A stretch of DNA of 45,440 nt, taken from the IMG/VR virus record IMGVR_UViG_3300028610_001044; one strand, 5' to 3'. The DNA is from a virus. Positions within the stretch are counted from its first letter, which is position 1, and each line of letters opens with the position of its first letter. The notes beneath the pieces are model-generated. The model was not told where the DNA came from and did not search any database. It saw only the letters and a list, made by a program, of their open reading frames with translations. A program made the position numbers and the translations under genes. Shown here piece after piece: positions 23,957 to 33,292 of this stretch.

Positions 23957-24477
23957 TGGGCCAAAATCTCCTAACGGATAACCAGGCATCAGTTGAAACC
24001 GACACTACCGGCTTGTTTGCCAATGGTTCGTCAACAATAAGTAGAGATGCGACTGTGAACAAGCATGGCGTAGCGAGTCTTAAAACAATTACGGATAATG
24101 CCGCAGGAGGTGAAGGGTGGGGGTCTTTGAGTAGAGATGTTTCCGCTTCTCTCGCTTATACGGCAAGTGCGTGGGTCACTGGGAGTGGAACCGTAGTAAT
24201 ACAGATAAATGAAAGGAACTCTGGGGATGGTGATATTGGCAGTACATCGTCGGCCCAAATTACATTAACCGGCACGTTGACACGTTGTTCTGTCTCTCGG
24301 ACGTTTGGAGCGACAGGAGTTAAGGCGAGGACTCGGATAATCACAGACTCCCAGCAAGGTATCACCTTCCACAGCGACAACATGCAATTAGAACAATCAG
24401 CAAGTGCAACACCGTGGCGCTTACCGTCCAGATGGAGTGCAAGAAACGCAGGTAGAGATTTGGTGGTTCATTTCTAG
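23956..24477 (+). CDS. Hypothetical protein, possible carbohydrate-binding jelly-roll (CBM4/9-like)
   Basis: ATG 23956 forms a TAATG overlap; the track start at 23824 was rejected because of a 133-nt overlap. The N..ASVETDTTG...GW...AWV pattern is only suggestive. Confidence 0.55.
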   Translation: MGQNLLTDNQASVETDTTGLFANGSSTISRDATVNKHGVASLKTITDNAAGGEGWGSLSRDVSASLAYTASAWVTGSGTVVIQINERNSGDGDIGSTSSAQITLTGTLTRCSVSRTFGATGVKARTRIITDSQQGITFHSDNMQLEQSASATPWRLPSRWSARNAGRDLVVHF

Positions 24478-24519
24478 CCACTAAGTAATCAATGACCGCA
24501 ATCAACCAGGAGGAAGAAA

Positions 24520-24906
24520 ATGGGAGAAAAGTTTATTCCAATCGCAGATGTAATACCGACCTATGACCCAACCAAGATCGTCAAGCTCTACAATCCGTTC
24601 ACTAAGATTTTCAAACATGCTTTTGATGGCAAAGAGGTCCAGGTTAAAGCAGGTCTATCAGACCATACCGAGCCATTGGCACATTTTCTGGCGAAGCATA
24701 TTGCCACCGAAGAACTTGTACCGCCAGCAGTAAAGGCCGAGCTTGAGGAAAGACACAAACCTATGAACGAACGCAGTTGGGAGCATGTCCAAGAACTCTC
24801 TAAAGGAGTAGCCCCAGCCGTCATCAACAAACGTGCGGCAGAACTGGTGTTAGACCCGACAAACAAGAAGGACGCAAAGAAAATCAAAGAGCTGGAAGCA
24901 GCTTAA
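24520..24906 (+). CDS. Hypothetical protein
   Basis: AGGAGGAAGAAA precedes the ATG. 128 aa. Confidence 0.7.
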   Translation: MGEKFIPIADVIPTYDPTKIVKLYNPFTKIFKHAFDGKEVQVKAGLSDHTEPLAHFLAKHIATEELVPPAVKAELEERHKPMNERSWEHVQELSKGVAPAVINKRAAELVLDPTNKKDAKKIKELEAA

Positions 24907-24918
24907 AGATTGAACATT

Positions 24919-24950
24919 AGGGAACCGTCAATTCCCTTTTGTTGAGTTTT
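24919..24950 (+). terminator. Rho-independent terminator (AGGGAA-7 nt-TTCCCT + TTTGTTGAGTTTTT)
   Basis: Hairpin plus T-rich tail, 13 nt after the stop at 24906. Confidence 0.65.
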
Positions 24951-24968
24951 TAAGAGAAAGGAACACGC

Positions 24969-25868
24969 ATGGCTAACGACAAAGTTGAAATAACCGCTGG
25001 TAGTGGAACTAATGTTGATGTTGAAATAGAGGCTGGCGGGGACGCAAGACAAAATATATGTATTGCTGACAAGACAACAACGGCAGGAGTAGCCCCTGTT
25101 GATGGCACGGCTGGGCTAAAGGTTAATTTAGGTTCAGATAATGATGTTACCAACGGAGGAACGTTTGCCACCCAGGCCACACTACAAGCAGGTACGGCAG
25201 AAGTTGGGAAGCTGGCAGCGGGTGTTGCCGAGATAGGCAATGTTAAGAACTCGGGGGCATTTGCGGTTCAGTCCACACTCCAAACCGGCTCAGCCGCCAT
25301 AGGAAAACTAGCCGCCAACGACGGGGTAGACATTGGTGATGTTGATGTAGCCTCTGTTGCTGGGTTGACCATGAGTAATGCCGCAGCCCAGACAACAGGT
25401 GATGAGGCCAATGATGCGATTGATGCCGGTAACCCAATAAAGATCGGCTTTAAAGCGCAAGACCCTTGGGCGCAACCAGAAGAAGTTGCTGACAATGACC
25501 GGGTGAATGCACTTGCTGATGAGAATGGTTATCAGCGTGTGCGGGGCGATCTCGACCCCAAGTCGGCAATTATTAACGACAACACAAGCGGAGACAATGA
25601 AATTATCGCAGCAGTAGCGACTAAGAGAATTGCTATATGGTCGGTAATAGCCATCTCTGACGGGACAACCGATGTTCGTTTTGAAGATGGCGCAGGGGGG
25701 ACGGCTTTTACTGGTCAGATGCCATTACAGGCTAGAGAAGGTTTTACCTACTCAGCGGGTGGATTGATTCCATTGTGGGTTGGAGCCGTTAACACAGCTT
25801 TTAGCATGGAGCTTACCGCCGCTGTCTTCGTACATGGGTCAGTAACTTATTCGGTCATGGACGACTAG
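24969..25868 (+). CDS. Virion-associated repeat protein (fiber or decoration-like)
   Basis: Gly/Ala/Thr-rich with an internal duplication (FATQATLQAGTAEVGKLAAG / FAVQSTLQTGSAAIGKLAAN). Located in the structural module. Confidence 0.65.
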   Translation: MANDKVEITAGSGTNVDVEIEAGGDARQNICIADKTTTAGVAPVDGTAGLKVNLGSDNDVTNGGTFATQATLQAGTAEVGKLAAGVAEIGNVKNSGAFAVQSTLQTGSAAIGKLAANDGVDIGDVDVASVAGLTMSNAAAQTTGDEANDAIDAGNPIKIGFKAQDPWAQPEEVADNDRVNALADENGYQRVRGDLDPKSAIINDNTSGDNEIIAAVATKRIAIWSVIAISDGTTDVRFEDGAGGTAFTGQMPLQAREGFTYSAGGLIPLWVGAVNTAFSMELTAAVFVHGSVTYSVMDD

Positions 25869-25876
25869 GAGGATAT

Positions 25877-26128
25877 ATGGCACTTAAAACATATTCGTCA
25901 AACCAAAAGAAGAAAACACCAAAAGAAGATGATAGAGAGCCATCAGGAGTGGCTTGTACCGAGAAACACCTTATTGATAAAAGGTGGCGTAACTGTAAGG
26001 GAGAAATGATGATTGTTCAGCCAATCGAGGAACACTATGCAAAAGGCAGAGCAGGAGAGCCAGGGGCAGTTAAGACCAGCCTTAAAAGAGCTGTCTGTAG
26101 TGAATGTAATTGGAAGGGTTGGGTGTAA
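25877..26128 (+). CDS. Hypothetical protein with Cys4 pattern
   Basis: TAGGAGGATAT precedes the ATG. Cys pattern C...C...CSEC. Confidence 0.65.
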   Translation: MALKTYSSNQKKKTPKEDDREPSGVACTEKHLIDKRWRNCKGEMMIVQPIEEHYAKGRAGEPGAVKTSLKRAVCSECNWKGWV

Positions 26129-26131
26129 GGG

Positions 26132-26632
26132 ATGGCTACCGCCTCAATAATCCTACCTATCCATTCAGCAAAACTAGTTGGAGGAATCGTCACAAGTGGC
26201 TCTCCTGCACAAGGGGCAGGGATAGACGGAGGTAGTGACCTCTGGAAACTTCTGTTCGACGCTACCACAGCGGAAGCGGCAGTATGGCAGTTCCGTATGC
26301 CGTCTAACTTCGCATCTACTCTTGTCTCAAAGATTCAATACGCTATGGCATCAGCCACGGCCGATACAGTTGCTTTTGATATAGCGATTATGGCGGTGGC
26401 AGACGGAGAAGATATTGATACCCCTAGCCTTGATACCGTTAACTCCACAGGAGCTATCACAGTCCCAGGTACGGCAGGGTTCTTAGATAGTCTCTCAACT
26501 GACCTAGCCAACGAAGACAGCGTAGCCGCAGGAGAACTCTGTGTTGTTCAGCTTTCAAGAGATGTGGCTTTAGATTCTGCCACCGGGGATGCAGAAGTGA
26601 CCTCGTTTGGCCTCGACTACACAACCTCGTGA
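26132..26632 (+). CDS. Hypothetical structural-module protein
   Basis: 166-aa ORF. Confidence 0.7.
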   Translation: MATASIILPIHSAKLVGGIVTSGSPAQGAGIDGGSDLWKLLFDATTAEAAVWQFRMPSNFASTLVSKIQYAMASATADTVAFDIAIMAVADGEDIDTPSLDTVNSTGAITVPGTAGFLDSLSTDLANEDSVAAGELCVVQLSRDVALDSATGDAEVTSFGLDYTTS

Positions 26633-26644
26633 TAAGGAGTAAGC

Positions 26645-26917
26645 ATGGCACTTCATAAGAACAAAATAGCTCAGGCTCTTGTCCAGGGAGCAATAGAAGT
26701 CATTGACTTAATTCAAGAAGCGGATACGAAATTGGATGATTTTGTAACTAAGTTTGACGCTAAAGGGATTGATTTAACAGACACAAACATTACGGCCGGT
26801 CAACTAGCGGCTCTAAGGACGTTTAAGACCGACCTAAACGCTTTAGCTAACGGAGTAGTGTCTACTACCCTAAAAAGTAAAGATCACCCCTCACATGGCA
26901 CAGGAGCACTTGGTTAG
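26645..26917 (+). CDS. Hypothetical protein
   Basis: AAGGAGTAAGC precedes the ATG. 90 aa. Confidence 0.7.
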   Translation: MALHKNKIAQALVQGAIEVIDLIQEADTKLDDFVTKFDAKGIDLTDTNITAGQLAALRTFKTDLNALANGVVSTTLKSKDHPSHGTGALG

Positions 26918-27745
26918 ATGTCGATACTTTTTGTAGATAGTGCTGACCAAGTAAATATTGCCGATAGTACCGACTTTGATGATACAACCCAATTAGCGGT
27001 ATCTATTTGGTTTAATCAAGCGGCGCTAACAGCTAATAAGGCTCTATGTTCTAAGTGGGCACAAGCATCCCAAGCGGCCTGGGCAATACAGACAGATGGT
27101 AGCAACGCGGGTGATTTAGAGTTTTGGGCAACGGCGACAGTTGGTGGAGCCGGGGCAGACAGGCTAGACTCTATAACTTTTGATAACTCTGGTGGTCTGT
27201 TCAGTGCTAACACCTGGAACCATGTTTTATTTGCCTATGACGGCACTCAAGGGACAGATGCAGGGAAAATACGGTGCTGGCTTAACGGTTCCGAAACCAC
27301 CAACACCTACACGGGGACAATACCTACCTCTCTGCCTAACGCTTCATCAGCAATGACCATTGCCGACATGACCTCTGGTCTTGACCGAAACTGGAATGGC
27401 TCGCTTACAGAACTAGCAATATGGAAAGGCACGGTCATAACAGCCGCCGAGATTGCCTTACTTTGTGATTCAAGAGTAAAGCGGATACCCTTACAGGTTC
27501 AGGCTGCTAATCTTGTTGGGTTCTGGCCTATGGATGATGGGGCCGCAGGGACAAGCGCAAGCGGAGATAGTGTCTTTGATTTATCGGGCAACGCCCATAC
27601 TGGTACTGGTGCAGGTGGAGCTTCTGTTGTCTGGGAGGCAGAGGAAGTATTAAGTTATCCGTCTGGAATTATCACCCCAAGCGCCATTGACGCGCCAGGG
27701 GTAGGGATTGCCTCTCAAAGACTTTTAGTGGGACACGGAGCATAA
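26918..27745 (+). CDS. LamG/concanavalin-A-like lectin domain protein
   Basis: ISIWFN...WNHVLFAYDG...KIRCWLNGSE...WNGSLTELAIWKG is the typical Laminin_G_3 strand pattern. Confidence 0.65.
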   Translation: MSILFVDSADQVNIADSTDFDDTTQLAVSIWFNQAALTANKALCSKWAQASQAAWAIQTDGSNAGDLEFWATATVGGAGADRLDSITFDNSGGLFSANTWNHVLFAYDGTQGTDAGKIRCWLNGSETTNTYTGTIPTSLPNASSAMTIADMTSGLDRNWNGSLTELAIWKGTVITAAEIALLCDSRVKRIPLQVQAANLVGFWPMDDGAAGTSASGDSVFDLSGNAHTGTGAGGASVVWEAEEVLSYPSGIITPSAIDAPGVGIASQRLLVGHGA

Positions 27746-27746
27746 G

Positions 27747-27917
27747 ATGACGCTTTTGTTTTTACTTAGAAACTCAGATGTAACTGTTCCGTTTCCAACT
27801 AAGGCCAAGCTTAACGTCAAACCGGATTCAGCAGACAATACGTTTAGGGCAAAGATAAGTACTGTCGTTTTGCCTAAAACCAAAGTAAGTTCACCTCCCA
27901 GCCTCAAGGAGAGATAA
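27747..27917 (+). CDS. Possible 56-aa protein
   Basis: Manual translation is open. GGAG lies 7 nt upstream, and there is a TAATG overlap with the next gene. Confidence 0.4.
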   Translation: MTLLFLLRNSDVTVPFPTKAKLNVKPDSADNTFRAKISTVVLPKTKVSSPPSLKER

Positions 27918-29077
27918 TGCCAATATTAAGAATACCGCCACCCGATATATCGAGCAATCAAACCACTAAACTTACTGCGGCCTTAGCGGCGGCGGGAACG
28001 GCTGTCACGGCTGAAAATACCGCCGGTATTGTTGCGGGGGACTATGTTGTGTTCGGTAATGTCGGGGAAGAAAAGACAGAAGTTAAGTTGATTTCAGCAG
28101 TTGCAGACGTAAACTCCATGACTACGGCAGCGGTAGACTTTGCTCACAGCATTGGCGCACCTATCACCAAGACAGACTTCAACCAGATACGGATTCAAAG
28201 CGCCACCTCTGAAACAGGTACGTTCACAACTATTGTTACAGTCAACATTCAGTACGATCATCCTGAGACAATATACCAGGACACTTCTGGGGCAAGCACG
28301 ACCTGGTATAAGTTTGCTTACTTTGATTCTGATGATTCCATTGTCACAGACTTCTCGGATGCAATACAAGCTACGGGATACAAGGCAAGGTCTTTAGGGC
28401 GTATGATTATTGATATTCGCAGGGAGCTACGGATACAGGACGACCAGAGCGTAATCACTGACGACGAGTTGATAAGTATGATAAACAACTCACACACTGA
28501 ATTAGCCGATGAAAGAAGCTGGCCTTTTCTGGAAACTACATCATCGGCTAGCACAACCGACAGCACACAGACAGTGGCTTTGCCGACCAACATAAAACCC
28601 GGAACACTAACTGCTATCAATATTCTTGTTTCAGGAGTCAACTACCAACCTAAGTACATTCCCTACAACGAGTTCCTAAGACTCGACAGGAGTGATGGCC
28701 TTGAAGCAACACAGTCGGCAATCACCAGGTACACTATCTGGGATGACGATGTGTTTCTGTGGCCTATCCCTGAGAGTACGGGTTCTTCCGATGTGACTTT
28801 TTATCACCACAAAATACCTGATGTTCTCTCGGACATTAACGCCCAGTCTGATTTCCCTAATGTTGATTATTTTATCTACGATGTTTGTCACCATCTGTCA
28901 GCGGCATTAGAGAGGTCGGCTAGACAGATAGATAACTTTGAGAGATTAAGGGGTAGAGCGTTTGTGCGTATGTCCAGGTATGGAGCAAAACAATCAGAGC
29001 GCCCGACAAGAGTGCGCCGCATTCACACAGATACAGTCCTTGACCCGAACTTCTTTACCGAGATTACATCAGACTAA
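27917..29077 (+). CDS. Virion structural protein (adaptor or tail-tubular-A position)
   Basis: 386-aa ORF called from synteny only. Confidence 0.6.
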   Translation: MPILRIPPPDISSNQTTKLTAALAAAGTAVTAENTAGIVAGDYVVFGNVGEEKTEVKLISAVADVNSMTTAAVDFAHSIGAPITKTDFNQIRIQSATSETGTFTTIVTVNIQYDHPETIYQDTSGASTTWYKFAYFDSDDSIVTDFSDAIQATGYKARSLGRMIIDIRRELRIQDDQSVITDDELISMINNSHTELADERSWPFLETTSSASTTDSTQTVALPTNIKPGTLTAINILVSGVNYQPKYIPYNEFLRLDRSDGLEATQSAITRYTIWDDDVFLWPIPESTGSSDVTFYHHKIPDVLSDINAQSDFPNVDYFIYDVCHHLSAALERSARQIDNFERLRGRAFVRMSRYGAKQSERPTRVRRIHTDTVLDPNFFTEITSD

Positions 29078-31266
29078 TGCCCAAGTACACGATTGATAAT
29101 TTCAGTGGAGGGCAGGTCAACAACCGTGGGCCTTTCAATGTAGAGATAAATGAGGCTCGTTTAGCGCTGAACACTGATTTATCTAAAAGAGATGGGTCGC
29201 TAAAGAGGCGAGATGGTTACACCCAACTGGGGGCGGCTATATCCTCTAGCGCCATAAACGGCATGGGGGTCTTTAGCTTTCACTCAGGCAGTAATGCCAC
29301 CGTTAACTACACAGCAGCGGCAAAGCCAGATGATTCAGACCCTGCCTGGGATTTGAACGATGTTGGAACGGTAGTGCCTGCGGTAAGTGGTGGAATACTA
29401 ACGCTTGCAGACACTAACGGGGATTCACAGGCCAACTATGACATAGACACCATCAGCGCCTTTGACAACAGCGTAGGAATAACAGCAGAAATACGATTAA
29501 ACCCCACGGTTCTACCCGGCTTTACTGGCCCCGGGATGATTCTTGAGGACGGGACAAAAAGAGTCCAGGTGGTCATAGGGAATACCGGGGTTAGGGTGTT
29601 TGGAACATCGGGGTCTAACGTAGCGAACTTTACCACAACGACTACCGATGGCTTCCATATATATCGGGCTACCCTTAAAGGGTCTGTAGCTAATATCTAT
29701 ATGGATGGGTCGTTGATTTTAGAATACACAACCCCAACCGGCACTTCCAATAAACAGATAACTTTCGGGGACATTATCGGAGCAAACTCTATCCATACCT
29801 CTAAGTGGGATTACGTTAAGTATTGGAGTGATGGTGCGTGGGCTCCTGACGTACAAGAGATTATGATTGTCGCCAACGGGGTTGACCTTTACCGCTGGGA
29901 CAACAACACCTTTAATGCCCTATCACAGACGCTCACAGCAGGCCATGTATTCATGGTGGACTTCTTGGGGAAACTCTTTGTCAGTAATGGTTTTGAGGCC
30001 TTACGGACGACCACGGGGACAGCAGCAACCACGCTAACGACAGGGGATGCCGCTAATGCTCCTGTATTCAGATACATCGAGAGGTTCTTTGACCGCATCT
30101 ACGGGGCTTACGAAGACTCTAATCCTGACCGGGTATGGTTTTCTTCCCCTCCAATAGATTTAGTTGCTCATGTGCGAGGAACACACACAGCAGCAACCAC
30201 GGTTGAGGTGACAAGCACTAAATATATTAAGGCCGGGGACGTTGTTGATGTGTTCACCCATGCAACTAGCAGCAAGACCACCGGGGGAGACTCTAACACC
30301 GTGGCGAGCATCACAGATGAAGATACGATGGTCTTAAACTCTGCTCTAACGGCGGTAGACAATGACGACATATTCATAGAAGACACCAGGGGTACGTTAG
30401 GGTTGAAGTGGGATACATCAGGTGTTCCAGCAGAAGACTTCATGGACTTTCCGGGGGAGATAATCACTGGACTTAAACGATTTGGTGATTTCCTAATGGT
30501 TCCCTGTAAGCTCTCCATGTGGGCGATTGATAAGTTCCAGAACCAAGTTCCGGTATCACGCAAACAAGGGAGTACGTCTGGTCGGTCATTAGGCGTAGTA
30601 AACCAAGCTCTTTACTACCTTAATCAACAAGGCATATGGGAATGGACAGGAACAGGTGAACCACTCCTTATCAGCCAAGACATACAGGACTTCATAGATG
30701 CTATCTCTACTTCGTTTTTAGCAACAACTGTTGCCTGGGATGACAACGATTCTTATCTGGTTTATGTGGACGACCTTGTTGTAGATGGAAGAACCTATCA
30801 AAATGTAGTCATTGAATACAACACACGGTTTAAGAACTGGCAGATACATTCCTTACCAGATGTTCTTCACTCAACCGCCAGATTCGCTCCCGCACCAGGA
30901 GACACGACCTTTGCCTATATCGGTACAGGAGATGGAGAGATTCATAGGTGGCGTGATGGTACAAGTGATGACGGTACGGTTATTCCTCTTGAGTTGGAAA
31001 CAGTTGACCACTACATCGGAGAAGACCACCACCTTAAACAAATCAACAGGATATGGGTCTTTGCCAAAGATGCGCTGGATGCAACCTTAGAAATTTCTGT
31101 AGACGGCAATCGCTATCAGTCGGTCGGTGGAATCACAGACATACTCAACAAGTTCAACAAAACATTTATGGGTCACTACTTTCGTTTCAGGATTAGACAC
31201 AACAACACCAATAGCCCACAGGTGGATTCAATTATCATAGATTACACGGATAAAGGAGTGAAGTAA
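29077..31266 (+). CDS. Tail protein (tail-tubular-B or nozzle position) with inserted LamG-like domain
   Basis: 729 aa. The segment GFHIYRATLKGSVANIYMDGSLILEY is LamG-like. Called from synteny. Confidence 0.6.
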   Translation: MPKYTIDNFSGGQVNNRGPFNVEINEARLALNTDLSKRDGSLKRRDGYTQLGAAISSSAINGMGVFSFHSGSNATVNYTAAAKPDDSDPAWDLNDVGTVVPAVSGGILTLADTNGDSQANYDIDTISAFDNSVGITAEIRLNPTVLPGFTGPGMILEDGTKRVQVVIGNTGVRVFGTSGSNVANFTTTTTDGFHIYRATLKGSVANIYMDGSLILEYTTPTGTSNKQITFGDIIGANSIHTSKWDYVKYWSDGAWAPDVQEIMIVANGVDLYRWDNNTFNALSQTLTAGHVFMVDFLGKLFVSNGFEALRTTTGTAATTLTTGDAANAPVFRYIERFFDRIYGAYEDSNPDRVWFSSPPIDLVAHVRGTHTAATTVEVTSTKYIKAGDVVDVFTHATSSKTTGGDSNTVASITDEDTMVLNSALTAVDNDDIFIEDTRGTLGLKWDTSGVPAEDFMDFPGEIITGLKRFGDFLMVPCKLSMWAIDKFQNQVPVSRKQGSTSGRSLGVVNQALYYLNQQGIWEWTGTGEPLLISQDIQDFIDAISTSFLATTVAWDDNDSYLVYVDDLVVDGRTYQNVVIEYNTRFKNWQIHSLPDVLHSTARFAPAPGDTTFAYIGTGDGEIHRWRDGTSDDGTVIPLELETVDHYIGEDHHLKQINRIWVFAKDALDATLEISVDGNRYQSVGGITDILNKFNKTFMGHYFRFRIRHNNTNSPQVDSIIIDYTDKGVK

Positions 31267-32483
31267 TGGCTACGATTCAAGAGAAACAGGCCACAACCAG
31301 AAAGAAAGTAACTGACCTTAAAAAGCTCAGAGACAGACGGCGCAAAGAGGGCGCAGGCGGCAAGGAGATCGCCAAGCTAACAACAGAGATAAACCAGCGC
31401 AACAGAAACCTTGTGACGTTTAGGAATCAGTTGGCAGGGACGACCAGAGGAGGCCGTCAGGCCGACCTTGGAGGGGTTGCTACCGGGGGGGTAGGGGCAA
31501 GAGCAGCAGGGCCACAACAGCCCGCAGCCGCCGCTACTACGCCTGGGCAAACTCCAGCACCAACAGGACAAAAATTTCAGGTGAACACTGGGAATGCAGC
31601 TATTGACCAGTTGGTAAATACACTCTTTTCAACAGAGGGGCCACAGCAGGGGCCGCTTAGTGACTTCTTTGACCAAGAGGCAGCGAAGAAAGCAGCCCGT
31701 GAAACCACCGCCCCGCAATTTAACAGAGAGTTTCAAAGAGATTTGTCCGACCGAGACAGAACGCTTGGGCGAATTAGTACGGACTTGCGGTTGGGGACAG
31801 AGGACAGAGAGACATTGCGGAGACAAGGCAGAGAAAACCTAGCAACTAGCCTGGAAGATATTGGCATCCAAAGGTCGCAAGGGGTAAGAGATAGAGATGT
31901 TAGTTTTGGGCAACTGGGAGAGAACCGGGCGACGACGCTAGGGCGACTTGGTGAAGACCGGAGCACGGAGCGGTTAGCTCAAGACCGTGGGTTCAATATA
32001 GCCCAAGAACAAGCTCTTGACGATATAGCCTTAGCGGGGCAAACCTTTAGTGGGCGCAGAGGAAAGACCCTAAACCTCATAGAAGACCAAAGGGGTGCTG
32101 ACATAGGTGGAACCCAACGACGCTTTAGAGAGGGTTCAGAGGACGCTCAACGGAGGTTCCAAAGGGGAACACAGGCTACTCAGACAGAGTTCGATGACCT
32201 TGTTAGTAATTTGACTCAACAAGAGGCTGGTGCAAGGAGGTCGTTCAGGCGAGGAAATGCAGCCAGCACAAGAGCATTTAGAGACTTACGCTTAGGACTC
32301 AACCGACAAAGAGGCAATATCAGCACCGCCTTTGATAGAAGAATAGAAGACCGACAAGACCGCAGGAAAGTGGCTCGCCTTGGTGAGTTCCAAAGACTAC
32401 AGGGCGAGGCAATCGGTAAACGCAACAGAGACTTTGATAGACGTTCACGCAACTTCAACCCCTTTAATACAGGAGGGCAATAA
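31266..32483 (+). CDS. Arg-rich low-complexity internal virion or ejection protein (putative)
   Basis: 405 aa with recurring RR.F(R/Q)RG and DR.. motifs. It occupies the position of podovirus internal core proteins. Confidence 0.6.
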   Translation: MATIQEKQATTRKKVTDLKKLRDRRRKEGAGGKEIAKLTTEINQRNRNLVTFRNQLAGTTRGGRQADLGGVATGGVGARAAGPQQPAAAATTPGQTPAPTGQKFQVNTGNAAIDQLVNTLFSTEGPQQGPLSDFFDQEAAKKAARETTAPQFNREFQRDLSDRDRTLGRISTDLRLGTEDRETLRRQGRENLATSLEDIGIQRSQGVRDRDVSFGQLGENRATTLGRLGEDRSTERLAQDRGFNIAQEQALDDIALAGQTFSGRRGKTLNLIEDQRGADIGGTQRRFREGSEDAQRRFQRGTQATQTEFDDLVSNLTQQEAGARRSFRRGNAASTRAFRDLRLGLNRQRGNISTAFDRRIEDRQDRRKVARLGEFQRLQGEAIGKRNRDFDRRSRNFNPFNTGGQ

Positions 32484-33280
32484 TGGCTAACGGGTCAGCA
32501 CTAGAACAAGATTTTATAGGACAACTATTAAGAGCGTTGGGACAAAAGACCAACTTCAACAAAGACCTCACCGATGCTCTGAGTGGGGCAGAAGCACAGT
32601 TCGATAACCCAAATCAATTTTCGGGTGTGTTCGATCTGGATGAGAGAAATAGGCTAAGGGAACAACAGCGAGATATTTCCCTGGACTCAATCAATGCCAT
32701 ACAAAACCGTTTAGACCAACGAAATCAATCTTTTGGGGACTTTGCGGAGAGTGTGTCTAGAGGTCGACAGGCAACTTTTGACCAAGCAAACCTAGATAGA
32801 CAGTTTGGTTTAGATGAACGGCGTGTTTCTTTGGCTGAAAGACAAGGGGCAGCGGACATAGCTGGAGGTGTGGACGGCCTCACCCTTGACCAAGCTCTTG
32901 ACAACCAGAGGGCAGACCTTGGTTTGTCTTTGGATATTGAAAAATTCACAGCGGGCCAAGCAGAGTCGGCCCGCAAAGTTAAAAGCCAGCTTATTGCTGA
33001 TGCACAAAACGCAAGAGTGGCTGGGGTTCCAGAACGACAAATAGTCCAAGGGCTAAAAGCTCAGGGGGTTACACAGAAAGATTTTAAGTCGGGTGTTACT
33101 TTTATGACAAGAGAGATTAAGCGGATGAAACGAACAGGAAGCAGCCTGGAAGAAATACAAGACTTTATTATCGACAACGAATACTCCCCGAGCAGGTTTG
33201 GACTTCCCAACCCAAAAGCTCCTAGCTTTCCTTTTGGGATTGAGAGCCTGCCTTTTTTTGGTAAGCCGGGGCCGGGGTAA
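32483..33280 (+). CDS. Internal virion protein (putative)
   Basis: 265 aa, TAATG-coupled. Called from synteny. Confidence 0.6.
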   Translation: MANGSALEQDFIGQLLRALGQKTNFNKDLTDALSGAEAQFDNPNQFSGVFDLDERNRLREQQRDISLDSINAIQNRLDQRNQSFGDFAESVSRGRQATFDQANLDRQFGLDERRVSLAERQGAADIAGGVDGLTLDQALDNQRADLGLSLDIEKFTAGQAESARKVKSQLIADAQNARVAGVPERQIVQGLKAQGVTQKDFKSGVTFMTREIKRMKRTGSSLEEIQDFIIDNEYSPSRFGLPNPKAPSFPFGIESLPFFGKPGPG

Positions 33281-33292
33281 TAGGAGTTTAGA

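Noticed and set aside
21053-25868. Diversity-generating retroelement (template/variable repeat) as an explanation for the duplicated segments in the decoration and fiber-like genes
   Set aside because: No reverse transcriptase is present anywhere in the genome. The differences between the copies are synonymous or scattered rather than adenine-specific.
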